The notes beneath the pieces are model-generated. The model was not told the origin of the DNA. It saw only the letters and a list, made by a program, of their open reading frames with translations, and did not search any database. From Octopus bimaculoides (Eukaryota), in assembly GCF_001194135.2 (NCBI RefSeq), contig NC_068994.1:1916048-1956251 (forward strand): DNA of 40,204 nucleotides. Reading direction: 5' to 3'. Positions 24,040-33,985 of this stretch are shown piece after piece. The stretch's first letter is position 1, and the number at the start of each line of letters is the position of its first letter. Made by a program: the position numbers and the translations under genes.

Positions 24040-24440
24040 TTGTTGGTGCTGGTGCTACAAAAACGGCAGAGCACCCAGTACAAGCTGTCGTTGGCATTAG
24101 GAAGGGCATTCCGGAGAAGAAACCACATCAACTTGTGACTTAGCTGGAGCTTTCTATTGCTTTTCTCAATTAAAACATGGCATAATGAAATCAGTTCATT
24201 CTATTTGAATAACACTGAGTATATACATGAATAAATGTATACATACTCTACACACACACCTCGTCCTGCTACACATACTTTTGGTCTTCTTTCTGCCTCT
24301 AAAGGCATCCATGATTAAATCAGTTCACCAGGCCCCTAATCATAACATGCATGCACAGCTGCATGTAGCCTACTGGTTGCTACATAAAAAGCAACCAGTA
24401 CACTCTTTGAAGTGATTGGCATTAGGAAGGGCATCCACCA
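24040..24440 (+). mobile_element. Two short diverged family E fragments (about 24040-24130 and 24375-24440)
   Basis: Both carry ttggcattaggaagggcat and the aaaagcaccc/aaaagcaacc motif of the RTE 3'UTR. Confidence 0.65.
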
Positions 24441-24689
24441 TAAGTGGGAGCAGTTGTGTGTGTGTATGTGTGTGTTACCATTCTAGTCTTGCAGTAGCTC
24501 CACTGAGCCCTTTCTGAAAACTCAATGTACATGACAAATATTTATATACAAATCTTCAATTGCATGATTTCACTTTCAAACATGGTATTATTGAGTTCTT
24601 TGATTTAAAGAAAGCCATGACTGAAAGGTTCTGAAACTATAACATTCCATATTTGTTTACTATATTTTCATGTTCTGTTCTTTGTTGGA

Positions 24690-24950
24690 CATCATCATCA
24701 TCATCATCATCATTTAATGTCCGTTTTCCATGCTGGCATGGGTTGGACAGTTCGACTGGGGTCTGGGAAGTCAGGAGGCTGCACTAGGCTCCAATCTGAT
24801 CTGGCAGTGTTTCTACAGCTGGATGCCCTTCCTAATGCCAACCACTCTGAGAGTGTAGTGGGTGCTTTTTACGTGCCACCGGCACAGGGGCCAGAGGAGG
24901 CTGGCATCGGCCATGTTTGGATGGTGCTTTTTACGTGATACCGGCACAGG
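24690..24950 (-). mobile_element. Family E repeat (RTE 3' end / partner SINE)
   Basis: (CAT)n tail plus ttttccatgctggcatgggttggacag...ctggatgcccttcctaatgccaaccactc, as at 1031. Confidence 0.85.
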
Positions 24951-25012
24951 AGTCACAACTACAATTTCCATTTGATTTGATTTTGATGTTGTTGATGCAT
25001 GTGCATGTATAA

Positions 25013-25072
<60 letters not shown>

Positions 25073-25740
25073 GATTTGTAGCCTTCAAAACTTTTAATGT
25101 TGTAACTCAAAAGTTTCACCAATGGTTGTATAACATCTCTGCTGTAAACTCTTCAGATGACCAAAATACACACAGGTAGTCATTTAAATGGACGTCTGAG
25201 AAGTGCTGAGTTCATCTCTTATGTGAAGTAGTAGCAGGGAGTTAATTCACTGCTAAGCGGGCAAGTTGTTTCCCTTGGGTGAGCTGGGTGACAAATTTCA
25301 CAACTCATGAATATTTCAAGGAAAATCACCAATAAAGAATTTTACAATCAATAAGGTAATTGATTACACAGAAAGTAGAGTATAAAGGATGAAGTGGACC
25401 AGAATTTCTAGACTTTGTTAGACATTGGTGGCCATCTTGTATGTAATTGTTATGTCATTAGAGATGGCCAAGCTTTTAATTATCGCCAGTCTAGTCTTCC
25501 CTTACCACCTACTTCCTGCTGGATGAGTAAACTTCTTTATCTCTCCTTGATCACTGGTATATCATTTAACTATGGGATATGTTTCCTGCCTAATGGTGCA
25601 AGGGGAACAACCCACTACCTCAGAATTTCAATTTTAGCCACTTTACACGATGGGACATGAAACCAAACACTTGTAAAATGGCCAGTTCAATGGATACATG
25701 TGTATATATTGATTGAAGATTTTGTGGCTAAATAATGGTT

Positions 25741-25951
25741 TCAAATTTTGCCACATGGGCAGCCATTTTGGGAGAGGGAATGCATTGACTACATTGACCC
25801 CAGTGTTCAACTGGTACTCAATTTATCCACCCCCAAAAGGATGAAAGGCAAAGTCAACCTCGGTAGAATTTGAACTCAGAATGTAAAGATAGACGAAATA
25901 CCGCTAAGCATTTAGCCTGACGTGCTAACGAGTTTGCCAGTTCACTGACTT
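25741..25951 (-). mobile_element. SINE family C
   Basis: Reverse complement of the family C consensus seen at 8863 and 38001. Confidence 0.9.
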
Positions 25952-26937
25952 CTTGTAGCTAAATAATGATAACTATAACAGAGATGTTGTGTAATCATTT
26001 GATGAAACTCTGAGTAACACCATTACAAATACTGAAAATTCTGGAGATTATACAGAGCCCACCATTTTCTAAGGAATTTGTTTTCTTTGTCTCAGCTGAT
26101 TTCCATTACCGTAGATATTACAGGTATATCAAATACCATACAACATACATTCTTGATGTATTAAACTCATCTGTGCCTTTGGGTGATCTATCTTTATTAC
26201 CAAATGATAATTAAAACTAGCTTTGTAGAAGGGCAGATCATTCCAAGAACCAAGAATTCTCCAAAGTTGGCATGCTGTTAAGGAAAGAGACGTTCCTAGA
26301 ATCTGGAGATGAGAGGACAGTCGTGGAACGGTGTTTCTGGGTCAATGGCTGTCATCACCACAACAATTCTATAATCTTATCTCCAGTATTTATCCGTAAA
26401 AGTGTAGAATACGTTTATGGCTGAGGAAATTTGTATAATTTAAACAAAAACTGTGCTGAAAAAAAAAAATAGCTCAAAATGGCCATTCGCATATATTTGG
26501 ACAACATAGGCACAGTTATGTAAATAAATTCATAATTTATTAAAATTATCTCCACGTCTGGAGGATGTAAAGTTAATTATCAAATTACCAAATGGCAATT
26601 AAGACCAGATTCGTTTGAAAAGGGGAGATAATATCAAGACTCAAAAACTCTCCAAAGTCTCAATGCACACACACATTATTTGTAGATAGGTGAATGTATG
26701 TATATATTCAAATGAAACATTACTAATGGAAAACGGTTGAAATAAACACCAGAGATGCTTTGCCCCACACACAAACAGCAGGAGCTACTCAGGGGTTTTG
26801 CAATTTCTTCTAAATCCATTGCAATACTGGAAACCTTTCCATATCGTCACCAGCAGGTATCTCAGGGTCACAAAGGTCACACCCCTTAGCTTGTGCCTCG
26901 CTGCCCCACCCAGGGACAGTGAGGACTGAGTTAGTCT

Positions 26938-27144
26938 TCACCTACAGAAAGGTTCCACTTGCGGCCCCTTATTCAGCCAAAGCCATCTTGAACTCGTTTC
27001 AGCTTCCGTGCCTATTTCTTGGATCACTTTCTTCAATTTGTCTGGGTTCCAGACTTTATCTTCTACGGGAAATAATCTCAATCAAAAGCTACAGCAGCTG
27101 GCTTTGATGGGGACTGGGGCTGCATGCTGGCTCTTGACAAGGGC
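26938..27144 (-). mobile_element. C-terminal fragment of an RLE-type non-LTR retrotransposon (HERO-like)
   Basis: One frame reads ALVKSQHAAPVPIKASCCSF*LRLFPVEDKVWNPDKLKKVIQEIGTEAETSSRWLWLNKG. This resembles the recalled PVEVGCRGF...AAEKASRWLWxKR terminus of such elements. One internal stop. Confidence 0.55.
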
Positions 27145-27419
27145 CTCATCAATCAAAATAAAAGAAAACAATGATTTTAATTATATTCAATTACCTTTCA
27201 TTTATTTCTTCTTTCTGTTGTTGTTGTTCAGGTGTTGTTTGTTGTTTTTTGAGTCATGTACTATTGTTGTAATGTAATTGTTGTTGTTTGTTGCTGTTGT
27301 TGTTGTTACAGTTGTTGAGGAGCGACAAATGAAATCATGGCAATTTCACTTTCACATCAACAACAACAACAACAACAGACACAAACCCCCCCACCCTTAA
27401 GATTGCTCTCCAGCAAGTA

Positions 27420-27605
27420 TGAAAACTCACGAAGCAGCCATAATGTGGCCTTCCAGTCAGCTAGGAATAGCAGCCAAATCTTCCTTAAATCACACCATTT
27501 TAAATAAGGAAATGATACATAATATAAGCTTACAGGATGGCCACGACTGGAATGACTTTGATTATAAGTTTACTCAATCAAACCTGACCTAGGCTTAACA
27601 ACACC
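27420..27605 (+). mobile_element. Family D SINE 3' region
   Basis: ctaggaatagcagccaaatcttccttaaatcacacc ... ggatggccacgactggaatgactttgat ... ctgacctaggcttaacaacac. Confidence 0.6.
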
Positions 27606-27790
27606 ATCTCCACCATATCACCATGGGAACCAAATCCAAAACATCAGAAATATCTTTTGTTCCAATTTTGTGTAGAAAGTTCTTTTATCTTTTATTTCNN
27701 NNNNNNNNNNNNNNNNNNNNNNNNNNNNNNNNNNNNNNNNNNNNNNNNNNNNNNNNNNNNNNNNNNNNNNNNNNNNNNNNNNNNNNNNNN

Positions 27791-27862
27791 TATGGTGGTG
27801 GCGGTGGTGGGAGTTATGGTGGTGGCGGTGGTGGGAGTTATGGTGGTGGCGGTGGTGGGGGT
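27791..27862 (+). repeat. 24-bp G-rich minisatellite, 3 visible copies
   Basis: tatggtggtggcggtggtgggagt occurs twice, plus tatggtggtggcggtggtgggggt. It abuts the gap at 27699-27790. Confidence 0.95.
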
Positions 27863-27981
27863 CAATGGTGAGGCCTTGGTATTGGTTCTATTGGTGGTGT
27901 TTGTTCTGATTGTTGCTGTTATTGTTGTTGTTATCTATGATTGTTTCTGTCATGTGCTTGTGTGCATCTTGTCATATGTGC

Positions 27982-28016
<35 letters not shown>

Positions 28017-28623
28017 TATTTGTTTCACCAGGTATTCAGCTTTATTGTACGTCTACATTCTGCCTACAACACCTTATTGTGGTCAGGCTGTCACATCCAA
28101 CATTTATCAAGCAGGTGTCACAGAGCCATCATTCTGTATGATGACGTGTCACAGGGAGCATGTCCCTCTCCCTCTCTTTGGTGGTGTGTCACAATGCTTT
28201 GAGAGAGACACCATGCTACGGGTGTGACATGCTACAGGTGTGACAAATTCCTGGAAGAGCGTATGAGAGTTGTGACACCGTTTGGTGGATATTGTTACAG
28301 TGTTATTGAGTAACATAATCTCACGCTCTTACTCAGTAAGATACTGTGATACTATACTGTGTCACAAAAGAGTATCACAATGCTGTGACAATGAGAACAG
28401 GATATGTGTGTATGCGTGTGAATGTGTAAAAGTGTATATTTTTATGTATGTATATATGTGGGTAATAAATACAAACAAATACATAGTTGTATGCCTGCAT
28501 GTATATTATATGTGTAATCGTCTGGATAGTTAATATATACAAATATACACTTGTATGTTTGTGTGAATGTGTGTGTGTGTGTGTATGCATGTGTGTCTAT
28601 ACGCACATACATATACATACATG

Positions 28624-28692
<69 letters not shown>

Positions 28693-29338
28693 ATATACAC
28701 ATACACAAATATATAAACGTTTTTTTTTTATTATGTGCTTGTGCAAACATATATGCGTGTGTGCACAAGTGATTGTACAGTTGCATGTGTACATACATGT
28801 GTGTGTACATGTTTTGTGTGTGTATGTGTGTTCATGCGTGTATGTGTGTGTGTACGTGTGTGTATGTATATGAGTGAATGTCTATTTACATATGTGTGTG
28901 TGTGTTAACATATATTAGTTCCGGTACAGTCATCACGTTTCCACAGTTTTCCAAAGTAAAATCAAAAGTTATCTCCCCTTTCCCTTCTTCCTCTTCTCTT
29001 TTTCCAAATCCTTCTTCCGTCCCCAGAGATCCAAATTTAGTTTTAAAAATATATACAAATCAGAGCTGCAGATTAAAAACAACTCCACACCAATGTATCA
29101 GAAGGAGTCGAGAGCAGATTCCAAGTTCAACATAGTCCCCAAATGGAATGTTTAGCATCATTTCCAATTAATTTTTAGACAATCCAGTCTTTGCAGTTCT
29201 GTACAAATGGCCAAAAGCTGTGTTGGTTATTTGGTTGAGAGGTTGTTTGTTTGGTCGGAATATTTTGGTATCAACCTCATTGTTCCAGTGTTTGGTGCTA
29301 AAGGTGAAACACACTTGAAGATTTCAGCTTTTGAACAA

Positions 29339-29392
29339 TCACTGCGTTTTGTTGCATCCACAAATACAACTATCCATTGTTGCAGTTTGAAG
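29339..29392 (-). CDS. Candidate terminal coding exon of the protocadherin (LQTATMDSCICGCNKTQ*)
   Basis: The acceptor ctaccttggctgtgtttacag|CTT is phase-0 compatible with the 30541 donor and lies about 1.15 kb downstream. It is followed by about 420 nt of non-repetitive, UTR-like sequence. No transcript evidence is available. Confidence 0.4.
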   Translation of the reverse strand, partial: LQTATMDSCICGCNKTQ

Positions 29393-29460
29393 CTGTAAAC
29401 ACAGCCAAGGTAGACATGTCCATGTTCAGACTTATCAAATATTGATGTCTAACATAGGTA

Positions 29461-29697
29461 CAGGGGCTCGAATTTTGAGGAGATATTTTTTTAGCAGGAG
29501 GGCCAGAATGAGGGTAAAATCCATTGAGATCGGACCCCAGTTTGTAACTGGTACTTATTTTATCAATCTCCCTACCAATAAGATGAAAGGTAAAGTTGAG
29601 TTTGGCAGGATTCAAAGTCCAAATATAGAGACAAGGAATTAAATAACACCACACATTTTTTCCGATGCTCTACCAATTCTGCCAAATCACTGCCATT
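29461..29697 (-). mobile_element. SINE family C, old diverged subfamily, in the intron after the protocadherin exon
   Basis: The minus strand reads ggcagtgatttggcagaattggtagagc ... ctttcatctt ... gataaaataagtaccagttacaaactggggtccgat. Confidence 0.75.
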
Positions 29698-30053
29698 AAG
29701 GTTCATTAAATTTTAAAAAGGTAAAAATCAAAAAACACTTTCACACACAAAAAATATATCGCAATGTTTTTTCAATATTTCTTCTTTTCTTATAATTTAT
29801 ATTTTTTTATATCTGAAAATTTTTTTTTTTTTGCAGTTTTTTTTTTCTTCTTTGTTTTAGTTCTTTCATTAAATGCCACGATCTGTGTTTGTAATTAATT
29901 AGGTCCTCGTTGTCTGAGAGTCATCATATCGCTGTATCGTCAGTGTCCTCCTCCTCCTCTTCTTTTTCTTTTCATCATTTTATCGTTTCAGTGTACGCGT
30001 CGGAAGCTGGGAAAGATAGAAAGATAAAGATATATATTATTATATACATGTAT

Positions 30054-30372
30054 AGGCGCGGGTGTGGCTGTGTGGTAAGAAGCTTGCTTTCCAACCACAT
30101 GGTTCCAGGTTCATCCAAAACTCTGAGTTTTATTATGACAACTAATTGTCACATATTATTTATATATCTATATGTGTATTTGTGTGTCTGTGTTTGTTTC
30201 CCCACCATCGCTTGACAATCGATGTTGGTGTGTTTACATCACCATAACTTAGTCGTTCAGTAGAAGAGACCAATAGAATAAGTACTAGGCTTACAAAGAA
30301 TAAGTCCTGGGGTTGATTCATTCAACTAAAGGCTGTGCTCCAGCATGGCTGCAGTCAAATGACTGAAACCAT
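30054..30372 (+). mobile_element. SINE family A with replaced central segment, antisense within the protocadherin intron
   Basis: The head (30054-30113) and 3' half match the 20226 copy. The ccttgggcaag core is replaced by about 45 nt of unrelated sequence. Confidence 0.85.
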
Positions 30373-30535
30373 AAAAAACTACATATATAATAAATATAGC
30401 CCCCACCCCCCCACACACAAAATATGCATAAACTACAGTCATGCACAGAGTATATTTATAACATAATTACACACACATAGAATCTATTTATAAGATCTAT
30501 AAGCATTTACACATGCACAAACTGTATTTCTCAAA

Positions 30536-30541
30536 ACTTAC
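30536..30541 (-). promoter_or_regulatory. 5' splice donor ending the protocadherin large exon
   Basis: TTG|GTAAGT matches the canonical donor consensus and falls exactly at a codon boundary. Confidence 0.8.
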
Positions 30542-32974
30542 CAACAAAACTGAAGGAGGCCTTCGCTCCATCGAGGACATTGACCAATCTGTCTGAGATT
30601 CATATTGAGGATAAAAGTCACAACTTGATTCCATTAACTGGTTATCTCTGTTTGTCATTTCTGTTGAATGTCCAGTTGTATGTACCGGGGTATGTATGGG
30701 AGTATGAGCAGGAGTGTGTCCGGTAGGAGTATTCACTTTCTTTGTTTGGGTCAAGAAATGACGTTTTTCTCTTCCAGGAGGAATCGTTGTGTTAAAGCCC
30801 ATGCGTGACTGATGATTAATTCCATTGTTACATCGAACAATACAGAGGGTGAGAGACACGACAACAGCCACCGAGACTACTACAGCTGATATTACGATAA
30901 TAATGAGTAACGTTACGTCAATCATATTGTTAGACTTTGAATGAACTGTGGTCAGTGCTGGTGATGTCTTGTTACTGACAGTCAGTGTCAAAGACACTGT
31001 TACTGTGGCTGACAGAACAGGGGTGCCACTGTCTTTGACAGTTAATTTCAGGTCGTATGATCCGGCATCATTTTGGTAAACAGTCCGTGAATAAGACAAA
31101 ACCCCTGTGAAGGAATCTATTTGAAACAATTGTCTGTCATTTCCACCAAATATTTCATATTTTAAGAAAGAATTCATATGACTGTCCCTGTCTGAAGCTC
31201 TTAGGACTGTGATGTCATTCTTACTTTGCGGATGATAGTGGACATCAAGAGTGAAAGGGTCAACACTAGGAAATGTAAAATAAGGGGCATTATCGTTCTC
31301 ATCAAGGATCTCCACAAGTACATTAGCCGTATTGTTTAAGGAAGGTGTCCCATTGTCTTTAACAAATACTTGAAATTGGTATTTTTCACGTTTTTCACGG
31401 TCTAGTGTCATTGTAGTTGAGATGAAACCGTAATCAGTGATCTGGAATGGTATAATCACTCTGTTATTACTCAATAAAGAATAAGACAGTTTTCCTCCAT
31501 TTTCTAAATCTTGATCTGTCACATTGATGTAACCAATTGGAAAATTTGGTTTACCATTCTCATAGGTCAAAAATTTAAATGTTTCTTTAGTAAACTGTGG
31601 TTGAACATCATTGACATCCATCACTTGAATGAAGAATTTTCTCTCTGTTTTCATTGAGGGAGATCCTTTATCTTCACATGAAATACTGATGTCATAGTGG
31701 TCCCTAGTTTCTCTGTCCACAGATTTCTTTAATGTAATTTTATATTCTTTTGATCCTAAATCTAAAAGACGGAATTTATCATGGTGTAGGCTACATTCCA
31801 CCTCACCGTTCTGTCCAACATCATTGTCAATAACACTGACATAAGCTATGAAACTGCCGACTTTGATTCCTTCAGAAATGGCTGCTGTGTTCTCTCTCAG
31901 CTCAGTGACAAAATTTATGTCTATCTTAGGAACATTATTTTGTTGGTTTATTACATTTATTAAAACCATTGCTGTGGAACTTGAGGAAGGATTGCCCCCA
32001 TCTTTAGCTTCAACAAACAACTTGTATGTCTGTTTTTGTTCGGAATTTAATGTTTTCTGTGTGAAAATTTCACCAGTCACTTCGTTCAGTTTAAAATAAG
32101 ATTTGGCAATATCAGAGGTCGCAGAACTAATGTGATATGTAACTTTACCATTTTCCCCTGAGTCCAAGTCACTGGCTGATAAAGTTGTGATTGGTATAAA
32201 CCTTCCATGTGTGTTCCGAATAGATATGTTATAAATGCTTTGACTAAACTGAGGCAGATTATCGTTTTCATCTGTCACAGTTATTTCAATATTCAGCACC
32301 CCTTGTTTTGGTGAAGGTCCCCCATCACTCGCAATAACCTGAAGACTGTAACTGTCTTTCAATTCTCTGTCCAATTTCTCATCAAGTATTATAGCAAGTT
32401 TAGAAATTCCAGTGATTATTTTCGTCACAGATAACTTGAATGGTTCGTTGAATTTTTTCTTCAGCAGGTAGGTCACCTTTGAGTTTTGAGCTCCGACGTC
32501 CCCATCAACAGCATTCTCTATTGACCTCTTCACACCTTTCCCATCATCCTCTGAAAACTGAATATTAATCTCCTTCACAGAAAACTCTGGCTGGTGGTCA
32601 TTGATATCTTTAATAATTACTTTCAGTTTTAAAATCTTCAAGAATGTTTCTGCTTTGTGAATGGCAATTTTTAAAATTCTAAAACATTCTACATTGTATT
32701 TGCACAGTTTCTCTGCATCTAATTTCTGTGATGTGTAGAGCTCTCCTCTCTTAGAAACATTAAATAACTGTGAGAGTCTGTCTTTTTTCTGTGCAAGCTG
32801 ATTAAATGTTATGAGTCGATGGTGTTCTGGTAAGATGGCATCCAGTAAATGGGAGTCAGCAGCAATGTTACCAATATAAGTTCCAGGATTCTTTTCTTCT
32901 TCCACATGGTAAGTGAGATCCACACAATGGCAGCTGAAGAGAGTCAGCAGGATAAGAAGCAAAACAATCAACAT
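30542..32974 (-). CDS. Protocadherin, large coding exon (811 codons): signal peptide, 6 EC repeats, TM, proximal cytoplasmic tail
   Basis: The ORF has a hydrophobic N-terminus (MLIVLLLILLTLFSCHC), an EC1 C-X5-C motif (CKYNVEC), and repeated cadherin motifs (DINDHQPEF, LDRE, DENDNLPQF, DxD, DVNDVQPQF, DENDNAPYF). The TM helix VTLLIIIVISAVVVSVAVVVSLTLCIV lies at 30836-30916 (aa 687-713). The ATG at 32974 has an in-frame TGA 3 codons upstream. The exon ends at TTG|GTAAGT (30542/30541, phase 0). No prodomain, and the whole ectodomain is in one exon, as typical of protocadherins. Confidence 0.96.
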
Positions 32975-33017
32975 ATTTTCTCAGTTGTAGCACCAAAACT
33001 TAGCAATTTAGATGAAC

Positions 33018-33045
33018 CTGAAATAGAAATATAAAAAAAAAGAAC
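33018..33045 (-). promoter_or_regulatory. 3' splice acceptor of the protocadherin coding exon (implies an upstream non-coding exon)
   Basis: The minus strand reads ttcttttttttttatatttctatttcag|GTTCATC. The exon starts at 33017, leaving 43 nt of 5'UTR before the ATG. Confidence 0.8.
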
Positions 33046-33699
33046 ATTCTTTGAATAAAATTTATAAATATATTCTACTATTTTAACAAAAGTGAAAACA
33101 ATTTAAACGATTGATATTCTGTATTTTATGATGGGTCAGAGTGTATCCAACATGACCATCAACAGGGAAATATTATTGGATTCACACTGTATTGTAACAA
33201 TAAATTAGCAAGGAGGGCCTACATAGAAAAAACTAGAATATGTTTAGAGTGTAATATAAACTGGTAATTTTGTGCCCTTGATAAGTAAGGGTTTTCTCAT
33301 ACAACACAAAATGTTATCTACTCATTTATAAGTACATCATTAACACTAGCTATGGTTGCTTAATTAATGTTATAACTGAAACATCCAACTGTATTTAAGG
33401 GGACAGCCCACCTGTCTACGATTGTATTAGGGTCCACTGGGACATGAGTGCTTCACAATTAGGCTTTTGTGTAGAGAAATGACAACAACTGCAGGTGGTC
33501 CTGTAATCTATTGATGTATACTGCTGCCCCCTAGGCAGGGTCATCTCAAGGTACCAGCAACTTGTGCTGTCGCCAGGGGTGCCAAGGAGGGTGTGACAAA
33601 GATAAGGAAATTTCCACGACCATCAGCTTGTTCACACCGAAGTTCAGTTTGTCCGTGGTACCAGCAACCCTAGGGCTGGCCCTGGTCCTAGGTATCTAC

Positions 33700-33985
33700 C
33701 CTGATCAAACATCTGATGTACCATTTACTCAAACAAGGTGTGATTTGAGGGAGAGCTGACTACTATATCTAACAGATACATGCTCCTTTGTTATTTATTT
33801 TCTCAGTGGTGAATCTATTTCGCAGTTTCTGTCTTCCATATTTCACTGAAAAGACTTGGGCTGACCCAGATATACTTACAAGTAGTCAAATGAGCAAGAC
33901 ATTACACTGCCATACTCTGGGATAGAACTCAGAACCCTGTGATTACAGAACAAATGTCATAAGCACACAGCCTGCACCACTCCCA
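33700..33985 (-). mobile_element. Diverged SINE: A-like head joined to a D-type tail
   Basis: The minus strand has an A-like head (ggagtggtgcaggctgtgtgc...gagttctatccc...cttgctca) followed by tctccctcaaatcacacc of family D. Confidence 0.55.

Noticed and set aside
25428-25470. 9-bp inverted repeat tggccatct/agatggcca
   Set aside because: It is short enough to arise by chance in 40 kb and has no supporting context.
29400-30500. Vertebrate-type shared constant exons or CM1-CM3 cytoplasmic motifs, or a second Pcdh variable exon in the window
   Set aside because: I recognised no such motifs or additional cadherin-repeat ORFs on either strand. The gaps are too short to hide a 2.4-kb exon but could hide small exons.
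30497-30541. 825-aa ORF taken as the complete protein
   Set aside because: A canonical in-frame donor at 30541 makes the last 14 aa probable intron read-through. They are kept only as a possible retention isoform.
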